NCBI GenBank assembly: GCA_964016885.1
Contig: OZ024740.1
Span: forward strand, 37,510,001 to 37,574,000
Direction of reading: 5' to 3'
From: Eledone cirrhosa
Lineage: Eukaryota
Length of the DNA stretch: 64,000 bases
This document shows positions 36,201-51,200 of the stretch, piece after piece. The first letter of the stretch is position 1. Every line of letters starts with the position of its first letter. The notes under the pieces were generated by a model. The model saw only the letters and a list, made by a program, of their open reading frames with translations, ran no database searches and was not told the DNA's origin. Both the position numbers and the translations under genes were made by a program.

Positions 36201-39200
36201 GAAAATATAGAACACACTGACCCCTGTTAAAGGTAGACATGAGACACAATATATAGAACACAGTGACCCCTGTTAAAGGTAGACATGTGACAGAATATAT
36301 AGAACACAGTGACCCCTGTTTAAGGTAGACATCGGACAGAATATATAGAACACTGTGAACCCTGTTTAAGGTAGACATGTGACAGAATATATAGAATACA
36401 GTGACCCCTGTTAAAGGTATACATGTGACAGAATATATAGAACACAGTGACCCCTGTTAAAGGTAGACATGTGACAGAAAATATAGAACACAGTGTCCCC
36501 TGTTTAAGGTAGACATGTGACAGAATATATAGAACACAGTGATCCCTGTTTAAGGTAGACATGTGACAGAATATATAGAACACCGTGACCCCTGTTAAAG
36601 GTAGACATACGACAGAATATATAGAACACAGTGACCCCTGTTTAAGTTAGAGATAGGACAGAATATATAGAACACAGTGACCCCTGTTAAAGGTAGACAT
36701 GTGACAGAATATATAGAACACAGTGACCCCTGTTAAAGGTAGACATGTGACAGAATATATAGAACACAGTGACCCCTGTTAAAGGTAGACGTAGGACAGA
36801 ATATATAGAACACAGTGACCCCTGTTAAAGGTAGACATGTGACAGAATATATAGAACACAGTGACCCCTGTTAAATGTAGACATGTGACAGAATATATAG
36901 AAGACAGTGACCCCTGTTTAAGGTAGACATGTGATAGAATATATAGAACACAGTGACCCCTGTTAAAGGTAGACATAGGACAGAATACATAGAACACAGT
37001 GACCCCTGCTAAATGTAAACATGTGACAGAATATATAGAACACAGTGACCCCTGTTAAAGGTACACATGTGACAGAATATATAGAACACAGTGACCCCTG
37101 TTAAAGGTAGACAGGTGACAGAATATATAGAACACAGAGACCCCTGTTAGAGGTAGACATGTGACAGAATATATAGAACACAGTGACCCCTGTTAAAGGT
37201 AGACATGTGACAGAATATATAGAACACAGTGACCCCTGTTAAAGGTAGACATGTGACAGAATATATAGAACACAGTGACCCCTGTTAAAGGTAGACATGT
37301 GACAGAATATAGAGAACACAGTGACCCCTGTTAGAGGTAGACATGTGACAGAATATATAGAACACAGTGACCCCTGTTAAAGGTAGACATGTGACAGAAT
37401 ATATAGAACACAGTGACCCCTGTTAAATGTAGACATGTGACAGAATATATAGAACACAGTGACCCCTGTTAAAGGTAGACATGTGACAGAATATATAGAA
37501 CACAGTGACCCCTGTTAAAGGTAGACATGTGACAGAATATATAGAACACATAGACCCCTGTTAGAGGTAGACATGTGACAGAATATATAGAACACAGTGA
37601 CCCCTGTTAAAGGTAGACATGTGACTGAATATATAGAACACCGTGACTCCTGTTAAAGGTAGACATGTGACAGAATATATAGAACACAGAGTCCCCTGTT
37701 AAAGGTAGACATGTGACAGAATATATAGAACACAGTGACCCCTGTTAAAGGTAGACATGTGACAGAATATATAGAACACAGTGACCCCTGTTAAAGGTAG
37801 ACATGTGACAGAATATATAGAACACAGTGACCCCTGTTAGAGGTAGACATGTGACAGAATATATAGAACACAGTGACCCCTGTTACAGGTAGACATGTGA
37901 CAGAATATATAGAACACAGTGACCCCTGTTAAAGGTAGACATGTGACAGAATATATAGAACACAGTGACCCCTGCTAAATGTAAACATGTGACAGAATAT
38001 ATAGAACACAGTGACCCCTGTTAAAGGTAGACATGTGACAGAATATATAGAACACAGTGACCCCTGTTAAAGGTAGACATGTGACAGAATATATAGAACA
38101 CAGTGACCCCTGTTAAAGGTAGACATGTGACAGAATATATAGAACACAGAGACCCCTGTTAGAGGTAGACATGTGACAGAATATATAGAACACAGTGACC
38201 CCTGTTAAAGGTAGACATGTGACAGAATATATAGAACACCGTGACCCTTGTTAAAGGTAGACATGTGACAGAATATATAGAACACAGAGTCCCCTGTTAA
38301 AGGTAGACATGTGACAGAATATATAGAACATAGACACCCCTGTTAAAGGTAGACATGTGACAGAACATATAGAACACAGTGACCCCTGTTAAAGGTAGAC
38401 ATGAGACAGAATATATAGAACACAGTGACCCCTGTTTAAGGTAGACATGTGACAGAATATATAGAACGCAGTGATCCCTGTTTAAGGTAGACATGTGACA
38501 GAATATATAGAACACAGTGATCCCTGTTTAAGGTAGACATGTGACAGAATATATAGAACACTGTGAACCCTGTTTAAGGTAGACATGTGACAGAATATAT
38601 AGAATACAGTGACCCCTGTTAAAGGTAGACATGTGACAGAATATATAGTACACAGTGACCCCTGTTAAAGGTAGACATGTGACAGAATATATAGAACACT
38701 GTGAACCCTGTTTAAGTTAGACATGTGACAGAATATATAGAACACAGTGACCCCTGTTTAAGGTAGCCATGTGACAGAATATATAGAACACAGTGACCCC
38801 TGTTTAAGGTAGACATGTGACAGAATATATAGAACACTGTGACCCCTGTTAAAGATAGACATGTGATAGAATATATAGAACACAGTGACCCCTGTTAAAG
38901 GTAGACATAGGACAGAATATATAGAACACAGTGACCCCTGTTAAAGGTAGACATAGGACAGAATATATAGAACACAGTGACCCCTGTTTAAGGTAGACAT
39001 AGGACAGAATATATAGAACACAGTGACCCCTGTTTAAGGTAGAAATAGGACAGAATACATAGAACACAGTGACCCCTGCTAAATGTAAACATGTGACAGA
39101 ATATATAGAACACAGTGACCCCTGTTAAAGGTACACATGTGACAGAATATATAGAACACAGTGACCCCTGTTAAAGGTAGACAGGTGACAGAATATATAG

Positions 39201-42200
39201 AACACAGAGACCCCTGTTAGAGGTAGACATGTGACAGAATATATAGAACACAGTGACCCCTGTTAAAGGTAGACATGTGACAGAATATATAGAACACAGT
39301 GACCCCTGTTAAAGGTAGACATGTGACAGAATATATAGAACACAGTGACCCCTGCTAAAGGTAGACATGTGACAGAATATAGAGAACACAGTGACCCCTG
39401 TTAGAGGTAGACAAATGACAGAATATATAGAACACAGTGACCCCTGTTAAAGGTAGACATGTGACAGAATATATAGAACACAGTGACCCCTGTTAAATGT
39501 AGACATGTGACAGAATATATAGAACACAGTGACCCCTGCTAAATGTAAACATGTGACAGAATATATAGAACACAGTGACCCCTGTTAAAGGTAGACATGT
39601 GACAGAATATATAGAACACAGAGACCCCTGTTAGAGGTAGACATGTGACAGAATATATAGAACACAGTGACCCCTGTTAGAGGTAGACATGTGACTGAAT
39701 ATATAGAACACAGTGACCCCTGTTACAGGTAGACATGTGACAGAATATATAGAACACAGTGACCCCTGTTAAAGGTAGACATGTGACAGAATATATAGAA
39801 CACAGTGACCCCTGTTAAATGTAGACATGTGACAGAATATATAGAAGACAGTGACCCCTGTTTAAGGTAGACATGTGATAGAATATATAGAACACAGTGA
39901 CCCCTGTTAAAGGTAGACATAGGACAGAATACATAGAACACAGTGACCCCTGCTAAATGTAAACATGTGACAGAATATATAGAACACAGTGACCCCTGTT
40001 AAAGGTACACATGTGACAGAATATATAGAACACAGTGACCCCTGTTAAAGGTAGACAGGTGACAGAATATATAGAACACAGAGACCCCTGTTAGAGGTAG
40101 ACATGTGACAGAATATATAGAACACAGTGACCCCTGTTAAAGGTAGACATGTGACAGAATATATAGAACACAGTGACCCCTGTTAAAGGTAGACATGTGA
40201 CAGAATATATAGAACACAGTGACCCCTGTTAAAGGTAGACATGTGACAGAATATAGAGAACACAGTGACCCCTGTTAGAGGTAGACATGTGACAGAATAT
40301 ATAGAACACAGTGACCCCTGTTAAAGGTAGACATGTGACAGAATATATAGAACACAGTGACCCCTGTTAAATGTAGACATGTGACAGAATATATAGAACA
40401 CAGTGACCCCCTGCTAAATGTAAACATGTGACAGAATATATAGAACACAGTGACCCCTGTTAAAGGTAGACATGTGACAGAATATACAGAACACAGTGAC
40501 CCCTGTTAAAGCTAGACATGTGACAGAATATATAGAACACAGAGACCCCTGTTAGAGGTAGACATGTGACAGAATATATAGAACACAGTGACCCCTGTTA
40601 GAGGTAGACATGTGACGGAATATATAGAACACAGTGACCCCTGTTACAGGTAGACATGTGACAGAATATATAGAACACAGTGACCCCTGTTAAAGGTAGA
40701 AATAGGACAGAATACATAGAACACAGTGACCCCTGCTAAATGTAAACATGTGACAGAATATATAGAACACAGTGACCCCTGTTAAAGGTACACATGTGAC
40801 AGAATATATAGAACACAGTGACCCCTGTTAAAGGTAGACAGGTGACAGAATATATAGAACACAGAGACCCCTGTTAGAGGTAGACATGTGACAGAATATA
40901 TAGAACACAGTGACCCCTGTTAAAGGTAGACATGTGACAGAATATATAGAACACAGTGACCCCTGTTAAAGGTAGACATGTGACAGAATATATAGAACAC
41001 AGTGACCCCTGTTAAAGGTAGACATGTGACAGAATATAGAGAACACAGTGACCCCTGTTAGAGGTAGACAAATGACAGAATATATAGAACACAGTGACCC
41101 CTGTTAAAGGTAGACATGTGACAGAATATATAGAACACAGTGACCCCTGTTTAAGGTAGACATAGGACAGAATATATAGAACACAGTGACCCCTGTTTAA
41201 GGTAGAAATAGGACAGAATACATAGAACACAGTGACCCCTGCTAAATGTAAACATGTGACAGAATATATAGAACACAGTGACCCCTGTTAAAGGTACACA
41301 TGTGACAGAATATATAGAACACAGTGACCCCTGTTAAAGGTAGACAGGTGACAGAATATATAGAACACAGAGACCCCTGTTAGAGGTAGACATGTGACAG
41401 AATATATAGGACACAGTGACCCCTGTTAAAGGTAGACATGTGACAGAATATATAGAACACAGTGACCCCTGTTAAAGGTAGACATGTGACAGAATATATA
41501 GAACACAGTGACCCCTGTTAAAGGTAGACATGTGACAGAATATAGAGAACACAGTGACCCCTGTTAGAGGTAGACAAATGACAGAATATATAGAACACAG
41601 TGACCCCTGTTAAAGGTAGACATGTGACAGAATATATAGAACACAGTGACCCCTGTTAAATGTAGACATGTGACAGAATATATAGAACACAGTGACCCCT
41701 GCTAAATGTAAACATGTGACAGAATATATAGAACACAGTGACCCCTGTTAAAGGTAGACATGTGACAGAATATATAGAACACAGTGACCCCTGTTAAAGG
41801 TAGACATGTGACAGAATATATAGAACACAGAGACCCCTGTTAGAGGTAGACATGTGACAGAATATATAGAACACAGTGACCCCTGTTAGAGGTAGACATG
41901 TGACAGAATATATAGAACACAGTGACCCCTGTTACAGGTAGACATGTGACAGAATATATAGAACACAGTGACCCCTGTTAAAGGTAGACATGTGACAGAA
42001 TATATAGAACACAGTGACCCCTGTTAAATGTAGACATGTGACAGAATATATAGAAGACAGTGACCCCTGTTTAAGGTAGACATGTGATAGAATATATAGA
42101 ACACAGTGACCCCTGTTAAAGGTAGACATAGGACAGAATACATAGAACACAGTGACCCCTGCTAAATGTAAACATGTGACAGAATATATAGAACACAGTG

Positions 42201-45200
42201 ACCCCTGTTAAAGGTACACATGTGACAGAATATATAGAACACAGTGACCCCTGTTAAAGGTAGACAGGTGACAGAATATATAGAACACAGAGACCCCTGT
42301 TAGAGGTAGACATGTGACAGAATATATAGAACACAGTGACCCCTGTTAAAGGTAGACATGTGACAGAATATATAGAACACAGTGACCCCTGTTAAAGGTA
42401 GACATGTGACAGAATATATAGAACACAGTGACCCCTGTTAAAGGTAGACATGTGACAGAATATAGAGAACACAGTGACCCCTGTTAGAGGTAGACATGTG
42501 ACAGAATATATAGAACACAGTGACCCCTGTTAAAGGTAGACATGTGACAGAATATATAGAACACAGTGACCCCTGTTAAATGTAGACATGTGACAGAATA
42601 TATAGAACACAGTGACCCCCTGCTAAATGTAAACATGTGACAGAATATATAGAACACAGTGACCCCTGTTAAAGGTAGACATGTGACAGAATATACAGAA
42701 CACAGTGACCCCTGTTAAAGCTAGACATGTGACAGAATATATAGAACACAGAGACCCCTGTTAGAGGTAGACATGTGACAGAATATATAGAACACAGTGA
42801 CCCCTGTTAGAGGTAGACATGTGACAGAATATATAGAACACAGTGACCCCTGTTACAGGTAGACATGTGACAGAATATATAGAACACAGTGACCCCTGTT
42901 AAAGGTAGACATGTGACAGAATATATAGAACACAGTGACCCCTGCTAAATGTAAACATGTGACAGAATATATAGAACACAGTGACCCCTGTTAAAGGTAG
43001 ACATGTGACAGAATATATAGAACACCGTGACCCCTGTTAAAGGTAGACATGTGACAGAATATATAGAACACAGAGTCCCCTGTTAAAGGTAGACATGTGA
43101 CAGAATATAATGAACATAGACACCCCTGTTAAAGGTAGACATGTGACAGAACATATAGAACACAGTGACCCCTGTTAAAGGTAGACATGAGACAGAATAT
43201 ATAGAACACAGTGACCCCTGTTTAAGGTAGACATGTGACAGAATATATAGAACACAGTGATCCCTGTTTAAGGTAGACATGTGACAGAATATATAGAACA
43301 CAGTGACCCCTGTTTAAGGTAGCCATGTGACAGAATATATTGAACACAGTGACCCCTGTTTAAGCTAGACGTATGACAGAATATATAGAACACTGTGAAC
43401 CCTGTTTAAGTTAGACATGTGACAGAATATATAGAACACAGTGACCCCTGTTTAAGGTAGCCATGTGACATAATATATAGAACACAGTGACCCCTGTTTA
43501 AGGTAGACATGTGACAGAATATATAGTACAGAGTGACCCCTGTTAAAGGTAGACATAGGACAGACTATATAGAACACAGTGACCCCTGTTTAAGGTAGAC
43601 ATAGGACAGAATATATAGAACACAGTGACCCCTGTTAAAGGTAGACATAGGACAGAATATATAGAACACAGTGACCCCTGTTTAAGTTAGAGATAGCACA
43701 GAATATATAGAACACAGTGACCCCTGTTAAAGGTAGACATGTGCCAGAATATATAGAACACAGTGACCCCTGTTAAATGTAGACATGTGACAGAATATTT
43801 AGAACACAGTGACCCCTGTTAAAGGTAGACATGTGACAGAATATATAGAACACAGTGACCCCTGTTAAATGTAAACATGTGATAGAATATATAGAACACA
43901 GTGACCCCTGTTAAAGTTAGACATGTGACAAAATATATAGAACACAGTGACCCCTGTTAAAGGTAGACATGTGACAGAATATAGAGAACACAGTGACCCC
44001 TGTTAGAGGTAGACATGTGACAGAATATATAGAACACAGTGACCCCTGTTTAAGGTAGACATAGGACTGAATATACAGAACACAGTGACCCTGTTTAAGG
44101 TAGACATAGGACAGAATATATAGAACACAGTGACCCCTGTGAAAGTTAGACATGTGACAGAATATATAGAACACAGTGACCCCTGTTAAAGGTAGACATG
44201 TGACAGAATATATAGAACACAGTGACCCCTGTTTAAGGTAGACATAGGACAGAATATATAGAACACAGTGACCCCTGTTTAAGGTAGACATAGGACAGAA
44301 TATATAGAACACAGTGACCACTGTTAAAGGTCGACATAGGACAGATTATATAGAACACAGTGACCCCTGTTTAAGGTAGACATGTGACAGAAAATATAGA
44401 ACACACTGACCCCTGTTAAAGGTAGACATGAGACACAATATATAGAACACAGTGACCCCTGTTAAAGGTAGACATGTGACAGAATATATAGAACACAGTG
44501 ACCCCTGTTTAAGGTAGACATCGGACAGAATATATAGAACACTGTGAACCCTGTTTAAGGTAGACATGTGACAGAATATATAGAATACAGTGACCGCTGT
44601 TAAAGGTAGACATAGGACAGAATACATAGAACACAGTGACCCCTGTTAAAGGTAGACATGTGACAGAAAATATAGAACACAGTGTCCCCTGTTTAAGGTA
44701 GACATGTGACAGAATATATAGAACACAGTGACCCCTGTTAAAGGTAGACATGTGACAGAAAATATAGAACACAGTGTCCCCTGTTTAAGGTAGACATGTG
44801 ACAGAATATATAGAACACAGTGATCCCTGTTTAAGGTAGACATGTGACAGAATATATAGAACACCGTGACCCCTGTTAAAGGTAGACATACGACAGAATA
44901 TATAGAACACAGTGACCCCTGTTTAAGTTAGAGATAGGACAGAATATATAGAACACAGTGACCCCTGTTAAAGGTAGACATGTGACAGAATATATAGAAC
45001 ACAGTGACCCCTGTTAAAGGTAGACATGTGACAGAATATATAGAACACAGTGACCCCTGTTAAAGGTAGACGTAGGACAGAATATATAGAACACAGTGAC
45101 CCCTGTTAAAGGTAGACATGTGACAGAATATATAGAACACAGTGACCCCTGTTAAATGTAGACATGTGACAGAATATATAGAAGACAGTGACCCCTGTTT

Positions 45201-48200
45201 AAGGTAGACATGTGATAGAATATATAGAACACAGTGACCCCTGTTAAAGGTAGACATAGGACAGAATACATAGAACACAGTGACCCCTGCTAAATGTAAA
45301 CATGTGACAGAATATATAGAACACAGTGACCCCTGTTAAAGGTACACATGTGACAGAATATATAGAACACAGTGACCCCTGTTAAAGGTAGACAGGTGAC
45401 AGAATATATAGAACACAGAGACCCCTGTTAGAGGTAGACATGTGACAGAATATATAGAACACAGTGACCCCTGTTAAAGGTAGACATGTGACAGAATATA
45501 TAGAACACAGTGACCCCTGTTAAAGGTAGACATGTGACAGAATATATAGAACACAGTGACCCCTGTTAAAGGTAGACATGTGACAGAATATAGAGAACAC
45601 AGTGACCCCTGTTAGAGGTAGACATGTGACAGAATATATAGAACACAGTGACCCCTGTTAAAGGTAGACATGTGACAGAATATATAGAACACAGTGACCC
45701 CTGTTAAATGTAGACATGTGACAGAATATATAGAACACAGTGACCCCTGTTAAAGGTAGACATGTGACAGAATATATAGAACACAGTGACCCCTGTTAAA
45801 GGTAGACATGTGACAGAATATATAGAACACATAGACCCCTGTTAGAGGTAGACATGTGACAGAATATATAGAACACAGTGACCCCTGTTAAAGGTAGACA
45901 TGTGACTGAATATATAGAACACCGTGACTCCTGTTAAAGGTAGACATGTGACAGAATATATAGAACACAGAGTCCCCTGTTAAAGGTAGACATGTGACAG
46001 AATATATAGAACACAGTGACCCCTGTTAAAGGTAGACATGTGACAGAATATATAGAACACAGTGACCCCTGTTAAAGGTAGACATGTGACAGAATATATA
46101 GAACACAGTGACCCCTGTTAGAGGTAGACATGTGACAGAATATATAGAACACAGTGACCCCTGTTACAGGTAGACATGTGACAGAATATATAGAACACAG
46201 TGACCCCTGTTAAAGGTAGACATGTGACAGAATATATAGAACACAGTGACCCCTGCTAAATGTAAACATGTGACAGAATATATAGAACACAGTGACCCCT
46301 GTTAAAGGTAGACATGTGACAGAATATATAGAACACAGTGACCCCTGTTAAAGGTAGACATGTGACAGAATATATAGAACACAGTGACCCCTGTTAAAGG
46401 TAGACATGTGACAGAATATATAGAACACAGAGACCCCTGTTAGAGGTAGACATGTGACAGAATATATAGAACACAGTGACCCCTGTTAAAGGTAGACATG
46501 TGACAGAATATATAGAACACCGTGACCCCTGTTAAAGGTAGACATGTGACAGAATATATAGAACACAGAGTCCCCTGTTAAAGGTAGACATGTGACAGAA
46601 TATATAGAACATAGACACCCCTGTTAAAGGTAGACATGTGACAGAACATATAGAACACAGTGACCCCTGTTAAAGGTAGACATGAGACAGAATATATAGA
46701 ACACAGTGACCCCTGTTTAAGGTAGACATGTGACAGAATATATAGAACGCAGTGATCCCTGTTTAAGGTAGACATGTGACAGAATATATAGAACACAGTG
46801 ATCCCTGTTTAAGGTAGACATATGACAGAATATATAGAACACTGTGAACCCTGTTTAAGGTAGACATGTGACAGAATATATAGAATACAGTGACCCCTGT
46901 TAAAGGTAGACATGTGACAGAATATATAGTACACAGTGACCCCTGTTAAAGGTAGACATGTGACAGAATATATAGAACACTGTGAACCCTGTTTAAGTTA
47001 GACATGTGACAGAATATATAGAACACAGTGACCCCTGTTTAAGGTAGCCATGTGACAGAATATATAGAACACAGTGACCCCTGTTTAAGGTAGACATGTG
47101 ACAGAATATATAGAACACTGTGACTCCTGTTAAAGATAGACATGTGATAGAATATATAGAACACAGTGACCCCTGTTAAAGGTAGACATAGGACAGAATA
47201 TATAGAACACAGTGACCCCTGTTAAAGGTAGACATAGGACAGAATATATAGAACACAGTGACCCCTGTTTAAGGTAGACATAGGACAGAATATATAGAAC
47301 ACAGTGACCCCTGTTTAAGGTAGACATGTGATAGAATATATAGAACACAGTGACCCCTGTTAAAGGTAGACATAGGACAGAATACATAGAACACAGTGAC
47401 CCCTGCTAAATGTAAACATGTGACAGAATATATAGAACACAGTGACCCCTGTTAAAGGTACACATGTGACAGAATATATAGAACACAGTGACCCCTGTTA
47501 AAGGTAGACAGGTGACAGAATATATAGAACACAGAGACCCCTGTTAGAGGTAGACATGTGACAGAATATATAGAACACAGTGACCCCTGTTAAAGGTAGA
47601 CATGTGACAGAATATATAGAACACAGTGACCCCTGTTAAAGGTAGACATGTGACAGAATATATAGAACACAGTGACCCCTGTTAAAGGTAGACATGTGAC
47701 AGAATATAGAGAACACAGTGACCCCTGTTAGAGGTAGACATGTGACAGAATATATAGAACACAGTGACCCCTGTTAAAGGTAGACATGTGACAGAATATA
47801 TAGAACACAGTGACCCCTGTTAAATGTAGACATGTGACAGAATATATAGAACACAGTGACCCCCTGCTAAATGTAAACATGTGACAGAATATATAGAACA
47901 CAGTGACCCCTGTTAAAGGTAGACATGTGACAGAATATACAGAACACAGTGACCCCTGTTAAAGCTAGACATGTGACAGAATATATAGAACACAGAGACC
48001 CCTGTTAGAAGTAGACATGTGACAGAATATATAGAACACAGTGACCCCTGTTAGAGGTAGACATGTGACAGAATATATAGAACACAGTGACCCCTGTTAC
48101 AGGTAGACATGTGACAGAATATATAGAACACCGTGACCCCTGTTAAAGGTAGACATGTGACAGAATATATAGAACACAGAGTCCCCTGTTAAAGGTAGAC

Positions 48201-51200
48201 ATGTGACAGAATATAATGAACATAGACACCCCTGTTAAAGGTAGACATGTGACAGAACATATAGAACACAGTGACCCCTGTTAAAGGTAGACATGAGACA
48301 GAATATATAGAACACAGTGACCCCTGTTTAAGGTAGACATGTGACAGAATATATAGAACACAGTGATCCCTGTTTAAGGTAGACATGTGACAGAATATAT
48401 AGAACACAGTGACCCCTGTTTAAGGTAGCCATGTGACAGAATATATTGAACACAGTGACCCCTGTTTCAGCTAGACGTATGACAGAATATATAGAACACT
48501 GTGAACCCTGTTTAAGTTAGACATGTGACAGAATATATAGAACACAGTGACCCCTGTTTAAGGTAGCCATGTGACATAATATATAGAACACAGTGACCCC
48601 TGTTTAAGGTAGACATGTGACAGAATATATAGTACAGAGTGACCCCTGTTAAAGGTAGACATGTGACAGAATATATAGAACACAGTGACCCCTGTTAAAG
48701 ATAGACATGTGATAGAATATATAGAACACAGTGACCCCTGTTAAAGGTAGACATAGGACAGAATATATAGAACACAGTGACCCCTGTTTAAGTTAAAGAT
48801 AGGACAGATTATATAGAACACGGTGACCCCTGTTAAAGGTAGACATGTGACAGAATATATAGAACACAGTGACCCCTGTTAAATATAGACATGTGACAGA
48901 ATATATAGAACACAGTGACCCCTGTTATAGGTAGACATGTAACAGAATATATAGAACACAGTGACCCCTGTTAAATGTAAACATGTGACAGAATATATAG
49001 AACACAGTGACCCCTGTTAAAGGTAGACATAGGACAGAATATATAGAACACAGTGACCCCTGTTTAAGGTAGACATAGGACAGAATATATAGAACACAGT
49101 GACCCCTGTTAAAGGTAGACATAGGACAGAATATATAGAACACAGTGACCCCTGTTTAAGTTAGAGATAGCACAGAATATATAGAACACAGTGACCCCTG
49201 TTAAAGGTAGACATGTGCCAGAATATATAGAACACAGTGACCCCTGTTAAATGTAGACATGTGACAGAATATTTAGAACACAGTGACCCCTGTTAAAGGT
49301 AGACATGTGACAGAATATATAGAACACAGTGACCCCTGTTAAATGTAAACATGTGATAGAATATATAGAACACAGTGACCCCTGTTAAAGTTAGACATGT
49401 GACAAAATATATAGAACACAGTGACCCCTGTGAAAGGTAGACATGTGACAGAATATAGAGAACACAGTGACCCCTGTTAGAGGTAGACATGTGACAGAAT
49501 ATATAGAACACAGTGACCCCTGTTTAAGGTAGACATAGGACTGAATATACAGAACACAGTGACCCTGTTTAAGGTAGACATAGGACAGAATATATAGAAC
49601 ACAGTGACCCCTGTGAAAGTTAGACATGTGACAGAATATATAGAACACAGTGACCCCTGTTAAAGGTAGACATGTGACAGAATATATAGAACACAGTGAC
49701 CCCTGTTTAAGGTAGACATAGGACAGAATATATAGAACACAGTGACCCCTGTTTAAGGTAGACATAGGACAGAATATATAGAACACAGTGACCACTGTTA
49801 AAGGTCGACATAGGACAGATTATATAGAACACAGTGACCCCTGTTTAAGGTAGACATGTGACAGAAAATATAGAACACACTGACCCCTGTTAAAGGTAGA
49901 CATGAGACACAATATATAGAACACAGTGACCCCTGTTAAAGGTAGACATGTGACAGAATATATAGAACACAGTGACCCCTGTTTAAGGTAGACATCGGAC
50001 AGAATATATAGAACACTGTGAACCCTGTTTAAGGTAGACATGTGACAGAATATATAGAATACAGTGACCCCTGTTAAAGGTATACATGTGACAGAATATA
50101 TAGAACACAGTGACCCCTGTTAAAGGTAGACATGTGACAGAAAATATAGAACACAGTGTCCCCTGTTTAAGGTAGACATGTGACAGAATATATAGAACAC
50201 AGTGATCCCTGTTTAAGGTAGACATGTGACAGAATATATAGAACACCGTGACCCCTGTTAAAGGTAGACATACGACAGAATATATAGAACACAGTGACCC
50301 CTGTTTAAGTTAGAGATAGGACAGAATATATAGAACACAGTGACCCCTGTTAAAGGTAGACATGTGACAGAATATATAGAACACAGTGACCCCTGTTAAA
50401 GGTAGACATGTGACAGAATATATAGAACACAGTGACCCCTGTTAAAGGTAGACGTAGGACAGAATATATAGAACACAGTGACCCCTGTTAAAGGTAGACA
50501 TGTGACAGAATATATAGAACACAGTGACCCCTGTTAAATGTAGACATGTGACAGAATATATAGAAGACAGTGACCCCTGTTTAAGGTAGACATGTGATAG
50601 AATATATAGAACACAGTGACCCCTGTTAAAGGTAGACATAGGACAGAATACATAGAACACAGTGACCCCTGCTAAATGTAAACATGTGACAGAATATATA
50701 GAACACAGTGACCCCTGTTAAAGGTACACATGTGACAGAATATATAGAACACAGTGACCCCTGTTAAAGGTAGACATGTGACAGAAAATATAGAACACAG
50801 TGTCCCCTGTTTAAGGTAGACATGTGACAGAATATATAGAACACAGTGATCCCTGTTTAAGGTAGACATGTGACAGAATATATAGAACACAGTGACCCCT
50901 GTTAAAGGTAGACATACGACAGAATATATAGAACACAGTGACCCCTGTTTAAGTTAGAGATAGGACAGAATATATAGAACACAGTGACCCCTGTTAAAGG
51001 TAGACATGTGACAGAATATATAGAACACAGTGACCCCTGTTAAAGGTAGACGTAGGACAGAATATATAGAACACAGTGACCCCTGTTAAAGGTAGACATG
51101 TGACAGAATATATAGAACACAGTGACCCCTGTTAAATGTAGACATGTGACAGAATATATAGAAGACAGTGACCCCTGTTTAAGGTAGACATGTGATAGAA

